From Acidobacteriota bacterium (GTDB lineage Bacteria > Acidobacteriota > Vicinamibacteria > Vicinamibacterales > UBA823): 64,000 nt of DNA. The first letter of the stretch is position 1; the number at the start of each line of letters is the position of its first letter. Both the position numbers and the translations under genes were made by a program. Below, one piece after another: positions 8,824-17,246 of this stretch. The notes below the pieces were generated by a model. That model saw only the letters and a program-made list of their open reading frames with translations. It had not been told where the DNA came from and did no database searches. Location: NCBI GenBank assembly GCA_002730525.1, contig PCAK01000032.1, positions 74,580 through 138,579 on the forward strand, in the 5' to 3' direction.

Positions 8824-9834
8824 TCACACCGGCGCTGACCCGCCCTCCGCGACCGTGAGGCCGTCGGTATCGACGCTGCAGGGGAGAATCGTCGCGCCGC
8901 CATCGGTCAACGCGGCCGTGACGGCCGCCATGTCGCCCGGCTCGGCGAAGGCGGCGATGCAGCCCCCCCCACCGGCGCCGCAGATCTTGGCGCCGAGGGC
9001 GCCGGCGCGGCCGGCGCGGTCGATGAGGTCGTCGATGGCCGGGGTGGTGACGCCAGGGGCCAGCCGCTTGCGCAACTCCCACTCGCGGGCGATCTGGCGA
9101 CCGACCTCTGGCCAGTCGGCAGCGACCAGCGCGCGGCGCATCACGCCCGCGACCCGACAGATCTGGTCGAAGTGGTCGGCGATGCCGGGACCGCCGTCGA
9201 TCCGCCCTTTCATGACCTCCCAGTTGTTGATCCCCGACTGGCGCGACGCGCCGGTATACGCCACGACCAGCCGACTCGCGAGCGCTGCGGCGTCGACGTC
9301 GAGGCCGACCCGGGTCACGCCGGCGACGCCCAGCTCGACAGCCGAGACCCCGCCGTAGAAGGCCGGTCGATAGTCCTGGGCGCCGGTCGGGACGTCGATC
9401 GCCTGCGCCTCGAGATTCATCGCCACGCCCAGCAACGCCTCGCCAGTCAGGTCCTGGCCGCGCCATCGCGCGAGCGCCGCGCACGTGGCGATGTTCAGGG
9501 CCGATGAGCCGGCAATGCCCGCGCCGATCGGCGAGTCGCTCTGCGTCACCAGTTCGAGGCCCGCGCCGTCGAAATGGGCCAGGATCCGTTTCAGCAGCCG
9601 CCAGGGCGCTTCCTCCGGCAGCGCCGACCAGTGGTCGGCCTCCACCCGCTGCTTCGCGTCGATCGACCGCAACACGAGTCGACGGTCATCCCGCGTGCCG
9701 AGCCAGCAGCGGGCTCGAAGCGTCACGGCGACATTCAACGTCTGTGCCTCGGCGTGGTAGAGGTAGAGTGGCCAGATGTCCAGGGTGGCGCCGGCGAGGT
9801 CGATTCGCATCGGAGCGGAGGCGTTAAGATGCAC
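8824..9834 (-). CDS. GHMP-family sugar kinase
   Basis: It has PMRIDLAGATLDIWP, the GHMP motif SPIGAGIAGSSALNIA, and C-terminal KICGAGGGGC. The start is taken at GTG 9834 (VHLNASAPMRIDLAG); ATG 9810 is the alternative. Confidence 0.8.
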   Translation of the reverse strand: MHLNASAPMRIDLAGATLDIWPLYLYHAEAQTLNVAVTLRARCWLGTRDDRRLVLRSIDAKQRVEADHWSALPEEAPWRLLKRILAHFDGAGLELVTQSDSPIGAGIAGSSALNIATCAALARWRGQDLTGEALLGVAMNLEAQAIDVPTGAQDYRPAFYGGVSAVELGVAGVTRVGLDVDAAALASRLVVAYTGASRQSGINNWEVMKGRIDGGPGIADHFDQICRVAGVMRRALVAADWPEVGRQIAREWELRKRLAPGVTTPAIDDLIDRAGRAGALGAKICGAGGGGCIAAFAEPGDMAAVTAALTDGGATILPCSVDTDGLTVAEGGSAPV

Positions 9835-9840
9835 CGGCGC

Positions 9841-9848
9841 ATTATAAT
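9841..9848. promoter_or_regulatory. Palindromic ATTATAAT: candidate back-to-back -10 boxes for the GHMP-polX operon (minus) and nagZ operon (plus)
   Basis: ATTATAAT reads TATAAT on both strands. It lies in the only AT-rich spot of the 91-nt divergent intergenic region. On the minus strand it is 6 nt from GTG 9834. Confidence 0.3.
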
Positions 9849-9925
9849 GTGACCGCGGACGACGCGGACGACGCGACGGCGCGCGATGTGCGCGGCTGCG
9901 GCTCGCCGCGAGTGCTAGCTGCGAG

Positions 9926-11017
9926 ATGTCACAGCGTTCGTTTCGTCGCCAGGTCGGACAGTTCGCGATCGCGGGCTTCGACGGCCATGCCCTGCCCGAC
10001 GACCTGCGCCGGCTGGCCCAGGAATTCGACCTCGGCGGGGTCATCCTCTTCGCGCGCAACGTCGACAGCCCAGAGCAAGTGGCCGAGTTGGCCCGTGAGG
10101 TGCGCGCGCTCGAGCGCGACTGGCCGCTCTGGGTCAGCGTCGACCAGGAAGGCGGGCGGGTCGCGCGACTGCGCGATCCCTTCACCGAATGGCCGCCGAT
10201 GCAGGCGCTGGGCCGCAGCGGCGACGCCGTACTCGCTCGACGGTTCGCCGCCGCGCTAGCTGCCGAACTGGACGCGGTCGGGATCACCCTCGACTACGCG
10301 CCGGTGCTGGATATCCATTCGAACCCGAGAAACCCTGTGATCGGGGACCGCGCGCTGTCTGACGACCCCGACGTGGTCGCCCGGCTCGGCGTCGCGATCA
10401 TCGAGACGCTGCAGAGCCGCGGGATCGCGGCGTGCGGCAAGCATTTCCCGGGGCACGGCGATGCCGGTCAGGATTCGCATCACGAGCTTCCGGTGCTCGA
10501 CCTCGATCCGGCGCTGCTGCGCGAGCGGGAGCTCGCTCCCTTTCGCGCCGCGATAGCCGCCGATGTGGCACTCGTGATGACCGGACACGTGCTGGTGCCG
10601 AACCTCGACGCGGAGCGGCCGGCGACGCTGTCGCGTCGGATCGTGCACGACCTGCTCCGGGAAGAGCTTGGCTACCAGGGCCTGGTGGCCACCGACGATC
10701 TCGAGATGAAGGCGATCGCCGGCACCTACGGAATCGAGGAAGCCGCGGTCGCCGCCGTTGGCGCCACGGTCGATCTGCTGCTGTTGTGCGGGACCGATGT
10801 GGCGCGTCAGGCCGCGGTGCTGGAAGCCCTCATTCACGCTGCCGAGTCCGGGGACCTCTCGATGCGGGAACTAGAGTCGGCGCTCGGGCGGCAGCGGCGA
10901 GCCAAGGAGCGATATCTGGCCAGGCGGGGGTCGTCGGTGGTCGACGGCCGTGTGCTAGAACGGATCGGCCTGGCGGATGCGCAGGCGGTGGCCGAGGAGA
11001 TGGCACGACATGCCTGA
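9926..11017 (+). CDS. nagZ: Beta-N-acetylhexosaminidase NagZ (GH3)
   Basis: 363 aa ORF with SVDQEGGRVARL and KHFPGHGDAGQDSHHELPVLD motifs. Confidence 0.9.
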   Translation: MSQRSFRRQVGQFAIAGFDGHALPDDLRRLAQEFDLGGVILFARNVDSPEQVAELAREVRALERDWPLWVSVDQEGGRVARLRDPFTEWPPMQALGRSGDAVLARRFAAALAAELDAVGITLDYAPVLDIHSNPRNPVIGDRALSDDPDVVARLGVAIIETLQSRGIAACGKHFPGHGDAGQDSHHELPVLDLDPALLRERELAPFRAAIAADVALVMTGHVLVPNLDAERPATLSRRIVHDLLREELGYQGLVATDDLEMKAIAGTYGIEEAAVAAVGATVDLLLLCGTDVARQAAVLEALIHAAESGDLSMRELESALGRQRRAKERYLARRGSSVVDGRVLERIGLADAQAVAEEMARHA

Positions 11018-11047
11018 TCCGCGGATGGGCGGGAATCCCCCGACGGG

Positions 11048-11989
11048 GTGCCGACCGGGCCGAGCATGCTGAAGCCAAGGGCGCTCAGGGCGGGCGACCG
11101 GCTCGCGATCGTCGCGCCGGCGAGCGGTTTCGATCGGAGCGAGTTCGACCGAGGCGTGGCCGAGTTGCGCGCGCTTGGGTTTGAGCCCGTCTATGACGGG
11201 AGCGTCTTCGACCGGGCGGGCTACGTCGCGGGGTCGGCCGAGCGCCGTGCCGAGGCGTTTCGCGCCGCCTGGCGCGACCCCGACGTGGCGGGCCTCGTCG
11301 GTGCACGCGGCGGCTACGGCAGCGTGCACCTCCTGCCATGGCTCCCGGCCGACGAACTTCGGCGCACGCCGAAGCTCTTCCTCGGCTACAGCGATCTCAC
11401 GACCGTTCTCTCGCATCTCACGATTGGCTGCGGCGTGGTCAGCTTCCACGGCCCCATGGTCGTGGGACGGCTGGCGCGTGGTGAGGTGGCGTACGATGTG
11501 ACCTCGCTCAGGCGGCTGACGATGAGGGCGGAGCCGGCGGGCGAGATGGCGCCGGCGGGCCTCGAGACCGTCAAGGCCGGCGAGGCGACGGGCGCGCTGC
11601 TCGGTGGCACACTGACCCAGTTGGTCGCGTCGCTCGGCACCCCTTACGCCTTCGCGCCAGAGCCGCCGTTCGTCCTGTTCCTCGACGAAGTCAACGAGCG
11701 CCCGTACCGGCTCGACCGGATGCTCACCCAGTTGCGGCTGAGCGGGGTGCTGGCGGCGGCAGCCGGCGTCATCTGGGGTGAGCTACCGGGCTGCGACGAG
11801 CCCGCCGGGCGCCCGACGGCGCGAGCGACGGCGGCCGATCTGCTGGCGGACTTCCCGGGGCCCGTCGTCTTCGGGTTTCCCTCCGGCCATACCGGCGGGG
11901 CAGCGCTGACGCTCCCGCTCGGCGTGCGCGTGCGGTTGGTCGCCGATAGCCGGCCGCGGCTGGTCGTGGAGGAGGCCGCGGTCTCGTGA
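11048..11989 (+). CDS. ldcA: Muramoyltetrapeptide LD-carboxypeptidase
   Basis: It has RLAIVAPAS, GARGGYGS and FLGYSDLT (S66 family nucleophile region) and a C-terminal GHT motif. ATG 11066 is an alternative start. Confidence 0.85.
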   Translation: MPTGPSMLKPRALRAGDRLAIVAPASGFDRSEFDRGVAELRALGFEPVYDGSVFDRAGYVAGSAERRAEAFRAAWRDPDVAGLVGARGGYGSVHLLPWLPADELRRTPKLFLGYSDLTTVLSHLTIGCGVVSFHGPMVVGRLARGEVAYDVTSLRRLTMRAEPAGEMAPAGLETVKAGEATGALLGGTLTQLVASLGTPYAFAPEPPFVLFLDEVNERPYRLDRMLTQLRLSGVLAAAAGVIWGELPGCDEPAGRPTARATAADLLADFPGPVVFGFPSGHTGGAALTLPLGVRVRLVADSRPRLVVEEAAVS

Positions 11990-13380
11990 GGCGGATCCAC
12001 TTCATCGGTATCGGCGGCACGGCCATGGCCACGCTGGCAGTCATGCTCAAGCGCCGCGGGGACCAGGTGCAGGGTTCGGACGGCGCTATCTACCCGCCGA
12101 TGAGCGATCTGCTGGCCGCGGAGGGGATCGTGCCGTTCGAGGGATACCGGGCCGAGCAGGTCGGCGACCACCTGGATCTCGTGGTGGTCGGCAACGCGAT
12201 CTCCCGCGGCAATTCCGAACTCGAGGCGGTGCTCGACCGCAAGCTGCGCTACGCCTCGCTGCCCGAAGTCGTGCGCGACGAGTTTCTCTGGCAGACGCGG
12301 TCGCTCGTGGTGGCCGGCACGCATGGCAAGACGACGACGGCCGCCATTGCGGCCTGGCTCCTCACGCACACCGGGCGCGATCCGAGCGTGCTGCTGGGGG
12401 GCGTCGCGCAGAACCTGGGTGCCAGCTACCGGCTGGGCAGCGGAGCCGAGTTCGTGATCGAGGGCGACGAGTACGACAGCGCCTATTTCGACAAGACGGC
12501 GAAGTTCCTGAAGTATCTGCCGGACGTGGCGATCGTCGGCAACGTGGAGTTCGACCACGCCGATATCTACGACGATCTCGATGCGATCCGGCTGGCCTTT
12601 CGTCGGCTGGTGCGCTTGATACCCGATCGCGGGCTGTTGCTCCTCGGCGCCGACAGCGCGGAGGCCTCGGCCCTTGGCGCGGACGCGCGCTGCCGCGTGG
12701 AGTCGTTCGGCCTGAGCGCCGGCGCCGACTGGCGGGCCGTCGACGTGGCGGCCTCCGCGCGCGGGACGACGTTCGGGATCGCGCGGCGCGGGCAGGCGTT
12801 CGTGGAGGTCGCGTCGCCCCTGCTCGGGGGATACAACGTTCGGAACGTCCTGGCGGCGGCGGCGATGGCGGCGGAGGTGGGTCTGGCGCCGGCGGCGATC
12901 GCCGAGGGCGTGGCCTCGTTCGAAGGCGTTCGTCGCCGGCTCGAGCCGCGCGGCGAGGTGCGCGGGGTCACCGTGTACGACGATTTCGCGCACCATCCGA
13001 CTGCCGTGGCGGAAACGCTGGCGGGCGTGCGCGCGGCGTACCCGGGACGACGGGTCTGGGCGATCTTCGAGCCGCGCTCCGCGACCGCCTGCCGGCGGGT
13101 GATGGAGGCCGACCTGACCGCGGCGCTCCAGGGTGCCGACGAGGTCGTGCTGCCGGCGGTCTTCCGTAGCAGCGTGCCCGAGGCGGTGCGCCTCTCACCC
13201 GAGCGCGTCGTCGCGGCGCTCTCGGCACAGGGGGTCCATGCCCGGTTTCTTCCGACCGTCGACGAGATCGTAGGCGTGGTCGCCAGCGAGGCGGGGGAGG
13301 GCGACCAGATCGTCGTCATGTCGAACGGCGCGTTCGAGAACATCCACGCCAGGCTCCTCGCCGCGTTGGGCGACGCATGA
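11986..13380 (+). CDS. mpl: UDP-N-acetylmuramate:L-alanyl-gamma-D-glutamyl-meso-DAP ligase
   Basis: It has IHFIGIGGTAMATLAVML and the VAGTHGKTTT P-loop, giving a Mur ligase architecture. Its GTG overlaps the ldcA stop (GTGA). Confidence 0.9.
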   Translation: MRRIHFIGIGGTAMATLAVMLKRRGDQVQGSDGAIYPPMSDLLAAEGIVPFEGYRAEQVGDHLDLVVVGNAISRGNSELEAVLDRKLRYASLPEVVRDEFLWQTRSLVVAGTHGKTTTAAIAAWLLTHTGRDPSVLLGGVAQNLGASYRLGSGAEFVIEGDEYDSAYFDKTAKFLKYLPDVAIVGNVEFDHADIYDDLDAIRLAFRRLVRLIPDRGLLLLGADSAEASALGADARCRVESFGLSAGADWRAVDVAASARGTTFGIARRGQAFVEVASPLLGGYNVRNVLAAAAMAAEVGLAPAAIAEGVASFEGVRRRLEPRGEVRGVTVYDDFAHHPTAVAETLAGVRAAYPGRRVWAIFEPRSATACRRVMEADLTAALQGADEVVLPAVFRSSVPEAVRLSPERVVAALSAQGVHARFLPTVDEIVGVVASEAGEGDQIVVMSNGAFENIHARLLAALGDA

Positions 13381-14090
13381 CCGGGTCGGTCGAGGTGCGC
13401 ACGGCCGGCGATTCGGCGCTCGTCGTCGAGCTCGGCACCGAGCTGGATCCCGGGCTCAACGCCAGGGTCATCGCGTGCGCGGCCGGACTGCGCGACGAGC
13501 GGATCCGCGGCGTTCGCGACGTGATTTCGAGCTACGCCGCGGTGACGGTCTGCTACGACCCGCTGCGCACCGACCTCGACGCGTTGACCGAAGCCCTGAC
13601 GCGACACGCCGTGTCGGCGGACGCCAGCGTGAATGCTCCGCCCCGGGTGCACGAGGTGCCCGTCTGCTACGGCGGCGCGAACGGACCCGATCTCGAACTG
13701 GTGGCGGGCTTCGCGGGCTGCTCGGCGGACGAGGTGGTTCGGCGGCACTCGGAGACGTCGTACCGGGTCTACCTGCTCGGCTTCGTCCCGGGCTTTGCCT
13801 ACCTGGGCCGTGTGGGCGATCGCATCGCCATGCCGCGTCGCCGGACGCCGCGCATGAGGGTGCCGGCGGGCGCGGTCGGCATCGCCGGCGGCCAGACCGG
13901 CATCTATCCCTATCCGACACCTGGCGGATGGCAGCTCATCGGTCGGACGCCGTTGCGGGTCTTCGACGCGGCCCGTGACGAGCCGTTCCTGTTCGCGCCG
14001 GGCGATACCGTGCGCTTCCTGCCGATCGATGAGGCCACGCTGCTCGCGTCGCTGGATGAGGATGAGGCGGGGACGGCCCCCGGGGCATGA
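13377..14090 (+). CDS. pxpB: 5-oxoprolinase subunit B / KipI family (allophanate hydrolase subunit 1)
   Basis: 237 aa ORF with SYAAVTVCYDP, YLLGFVPGFAYLG and GGQTGIYP motifs. It overlaps mpl by ATGA. Confidence 0.85.
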   Translation: MTGSVEVRTAGDSALVVELGTELDPGLNARVIACAAGLRDERIRGVRDVISSYAAVTVCYDPLRTDLDALTEALTRHAVSADASVNAPPRVHEVPVCYGGANGPDLELVAGFAGCSADEVVRRHSETSYRVYLLGFVPGFAYLGRVGDRIAMPRRRTPRMRVPAGAVGIAGGQTGIYPYPTPGGWQLIGRTPLRVFDAARDEPFLFAPGDTVRFLPIDEATLLASLDEDEAGTAPGA

Positions 14091-15013
14091 TGGCACTGCG
14101 CGTCGACAAGCCCGGGATGCTGAGCACGGTGCAGGACCTCGGGCGCTGGGGATATCAGAACCTGGGCGTGCCGGTGGCGGGGCCGATGGACCGCTGCTCC
14201 CACCGGCTGGCCAACGTGCTGCTGGGCAATCCACCGGAGGCGGCCACGCTGGAGGTGACGCTGATCGGGCCCGAGTTGACGGCCGAGCGGCGGACCCACC
14301 TGGTGGTGACCGGTGCCGAGTTCGACCTGTTCCTCGACGACGCGACCGTCCCGACGGGTGTGCCGCTGAATGTCCCGGCCGGCTCCCGGTTTCGGTTCGG
14401 CCGCCGCCGCCGCGGCGCCAGGGCCTACGTCGCGGTCCCGGGCGGGTTCGACGTGCCCATCTGGCTCGGCAGCCGGGCCACCCATCTGCCGAGCGGGCTC
14501 GGGGGGCTGGCCGGGCGTGCGCTCGTGGCCGGCGATTGCTTGGGCTCGCGTGAGACGGCGGCGGCGGCCGTTCCCACCGTGCGTCGGCGCGGACCCGTGT
14601 TGGCCTTGCCCGAAGGCGGCGCGCGGATCCGGGTGATGCTCGGTCCACAGGAGGCGCTGTGCGCCCCGGAAGGGATCGAGACGTTCCGCACGACGCGATA
14701 CGCCGTGACCGACCGCTCCGATCGGATGGGCTACCGGCTGAGTGGTCCGGCCGTGACGCTGGCGTCGTCCGCCGAGCCGTTATCCGACGCGACACCGACG
14801 GGCACGGTGCAGATACCTGGCTCGGGCCAGCCGATCGTGCTCATGGCGGACGGGCAGACGACGGGCGGCTATCCGAAGCTGGCCACGGTCATCAGTGCGG
14901 ATCTTCCGGTGGCCGGCCAGCTGGGTCCGGGCGACTGGATGGAGTTCGCGGTGTGCGATCGCGCGGCGGCCCTGCGCGCGCTGATCGCGCAGGAGCAGGC
15001 TCTGCTCGCGTGA
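14087..15013 (+). CDS. pxpC: 5-oxoprolinase subunit C / KipA family (allophanate hydrolase subunit 2)
   Basis: 308 aa ORF with PGMLSTVQDLGRWGYQNLGVPVAGPMD and DGQTTGGYPKLATV motifs. It overlaps pxpB by ATGA. Confidence 0.85.
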   Translation: MMALRVDKPGMLSTVQDLGRWGYQNLGVPVAGPMDRCSHRLANVLLGNPPEAATLEVTLIGPELTAERRTHLVVTGAEFDLFLDDATVPTGVPLNVPAGSRFRFGRRRRGARAYVAVPGGFDVPIWLGSRATHLPSGLGGLAGRALVAGDCLGSRETAAAAVPTVRRRGPVLALPEGGARIRVMLGPQEALCAPEGIETFRTTRYAVTDRSDRMGYRLSGPAVTLASSAEPLSDATPTGTVQIPGSGQPIVLMADGQTTGGYPKLATVISADLPVAGQLGPGDWMEFAVCDRAAALRALIAQEQALLA

Positions 15014-15972
15014 TCGACGGTCTCGCGATGGCTGACACCGACCGAACGTTGCGGAGTCTCGAGGCGGGCCTCGGAGTGGGGCGGGTGCGGCGGTCGGTGC
15101 CTCTGGCACCGTTGACGACGTTTGGTGTCGGCGGACCCGCGGATTGGTTCATCGAGGTGCGGACGAGCGACGAGGTCGCGCGCGCGGTGCGTGCCGCCCA
15201 CGTCACCGGCGTCCCGCTGACGATCCTCGGCGGCGGATCCAATGTGGTGATCGGCGACCGTGGTGTGCGCGGCCTCGTCGTCCAGGTTCACGGTGGTGCG
15301 GTGCATCAGACGCGACCCGGCACGGTCCGAGCCGATGGCGGCGTGACCGTCAATGGGTTGGTGCGCTGGACGATCTCGCGTGCGCTGGCCGGGCTCGAGC
15401 GCTGGGCCGGCACGCCGGGTACCGTGGGGGGCGCGGTGTACGGCAACGCGCACTTCGACGGGCGACTGATCGGCGATCTGATCGAGGCAGTCGGGGTCGT
15501 CAACGAGACGGGCACGTTCCACGAGATTCCGGCCGACGCGATGGAGTTCGGGTACGATCGATCACGGCTGCAACGTACCGCGGAGGTGCTGTTGTGGGCG
15601 GAGTTCGTCGTCGCGCCAGGCGAGGCCGGCGCGCTTCGGGCCGAGGCACGTCGGTCGCTGGCGTACCGGAAGCAGACGCAGCCCCTGGCGGCGGCGAGTG
15701 CGGGCTGTGTCTTTCGGAATCCCGATCCCGCCCACGACACGTTGCCGCCTGGCATCGCGCCCTCGGCCGGGGCCCTGATCGATGCCGCGGGGTTGAAGGA
15801 CCGCGTGGTGGGCGGCGCGCGGGTCTCGACGACGCACGGGAACTTCATCGTCAACGCGGGGGAGGCGACGGCCGCCGACATCCGTGCGCTCGTGACGATC
15901 TGTCAACGCGCGGTCGCCGAGCGCTACGGGGTCGAGCTGCGACCGGAAATCGTCTATCTGGGTGAATTCTGA
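15010..15972 (+). CDS. murB: UDP-N-acetylenolpyruvoylglucosamine reductase
   Basis: It has LAPLTTFGVGGPADWF, ILGGGSNVV and STTHGNFIVN motifs. Its GTG overlaps the pxpC stop (GTGA); ATG 15028 is an alternative. The 437 aa ORF-track prefix is out-of-context junk. Confidence 0.9.
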   Translation: MIDGLAMADTDRTLRSLEAGLGVGRVRRSVPLAPLTTFGVGGPADWFIEVRTSDEVARAVRAAHVTGVPLTILGGGSNVVIGDRGVRGLVVQVHGGAVHQTRPGTVRADGGVTVNGLVRWTISRALAGLERWAGTPGTVGGAVYGNAHFDGRLIGDLIEAVGVVNETGTFHEIPADAMEFGYDRSRLQRTAEVLLWAEFVVAPGEAGALRAEARRSLAYRKQTQPLAAASAGCVFRNPDPAHDTLPPGIAPSAGALIDAAGLKDRVVGGARVSTTHGNFIVNAGEATAADIRALVTICQRAVAERYGVELRPEIVYLGEF

Positions 15973-15982
15973 CAGGAGCACG

Positions 15983-17242
15983 ATGGCGACACTGCACATC
16001 GAGGGGGGGCGGCGCCTGGAGGGTCGGATCGAGGTTGACGGCAACAAGAATGCCGCGCTGCCGCTGCTGGCAGCCTGCCTGCTGACGGACGAGGCGTGCG
16101 TGCTGTCGAACGTCCCGCGAATCCGGGACGTCGAGGCGATGTGCCGATTGCTCGTGAGCCTGGGCGCCGAGGTCGACGGCATCGGGACGACGGAGTTGCG
16201 CGTGCAATGCACAAGGCTCACGACCGATGAACCCGACCGCGCGCTGGTCGGCACGCTGCGTGGCTCGGTCCTTCTGCTGGGTCCGCTGCTGGCGCGTCGC
16301 GGGCGGGCGCGGCTCGCCCCGCCAGGCGGCGACTTTCCGGCGCGGCGGACGATCCAGGCGCATGTGCAGGCGCTGACGGCCATGGGGGCCCGCAACGTCG
16401 ACGGCGCCGACTACGCACTCGACGCGCCGGACGGCCTGCGGGGCGGATCGATCTACCTGGAGGAAGCGTCGGTCACAGGCACGGAAACGGCGCTGCTCGC
16501 CGCGGCCACGGCGCGTGGTGCGACCGAGATCCGCCATGCAGCGTGTGAGCCGCACGTCGTCGAACTGGCGCGGTTTCTTCGCGCGATGGGAGTCGAGATC
16601 GCCGGAGAGGGCACGCCGACGATCAGGGTCGAGGGTGTATCGGTGGCGCGCGGTGCGAGCCGCCGACTCGACGGTGACTATATCGAGGCTGGCACCTGGG
16701 CCGTCGTCGCCGCCCTGACGGGTGGGCAGGTCGAGATTGGCGGCGCGCGCCCGGAGGATCTCGAGCCGATTCTCGCCGTCCTCGGGCGGCTGGGGGTGCG
16801 GTGGTCGTTTGACGCGGGCCGGCTGCGCGTCGAGCCGTCCACGCTGTCAGGCACAGCACGGATCACCACGGCGCCGTGGCCGGGGTTCCCCAGCGACATG
16901 GTCAGCCTGACGACGGTCCTGGCGACACAGGCGGCCGGCCGGACGCTGATCCACGACTGGATGTACGAGTTGCGGCTCTTCGCCCTGGAGCAGTTGAGCG
17001 GGATGAACGCCGATCTCTTCCTCTGCGATCCGCACCGGATCATCGTCACCGGGCCGCGCCGGCTGCGCGGCCGGACCCTGGACAGCCGGGACCTCCGGTC
17101 GGGCATGGCGCTGATCGCCGCGGCGCTGGCGGCCGAGGGCGCGAGCCGGGTGCGCCCGCTCGAGACCGTCGAGCGTGGCTATGCCCGCGTCGTCGAGCGG
17201 TTGCGAGCGCTCGGCGCCGAGGTCGACGTCGAAGAGGGGTAG
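15983..17242 (+). CDS. murA: UDP-N-acetylglucosamine 1-carboxyvinyltransferase (active-site Cys replaced by Asp)
   Basis: It starts MATLHIEGGRRLEGRIEVDGNKNAALPLLAA. ATG 15983 is preceded by AGGAG. The active-site loop reads PPGGDFPARR. Confidence 0.95.
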   Translation: MATLHIEGGRRLEGRIEVDGNKNAALPLLAACLLTDEACVLSNVPRIRDVEAMCRLLVSLGAEVDGIGTTELRVQCTRLTTDEPDRALVGTLRGSVLLLGPLLARRGRARLAPPGGDFPARRTIQAHVQALTAMGARNVDGADYALDAPDGLRGGSIYLEEASVTGTETALLAAATARGATEIRHAACEPHVVELARFLRAMGVEIAGEGTPTIRVEGVSVARGASRRLDGDYIEAGTWAVVAALTGGQVEIGGARPEDLEPILAVLGRLGVRWSFDAGRLRVEPSTLSGTARITTAPWPGFPSDMVSLTTVLATQAAGRTLIHDWMYELRLFALEQLSGMNADLFLCDPHRIIVTGPRRLRGRTLDSRDLRSGMALIAAALAAEGASRVRPLETVERGYARVVERLRALGAEVDVEEG

Positions 17243-17246
17243 GGCC

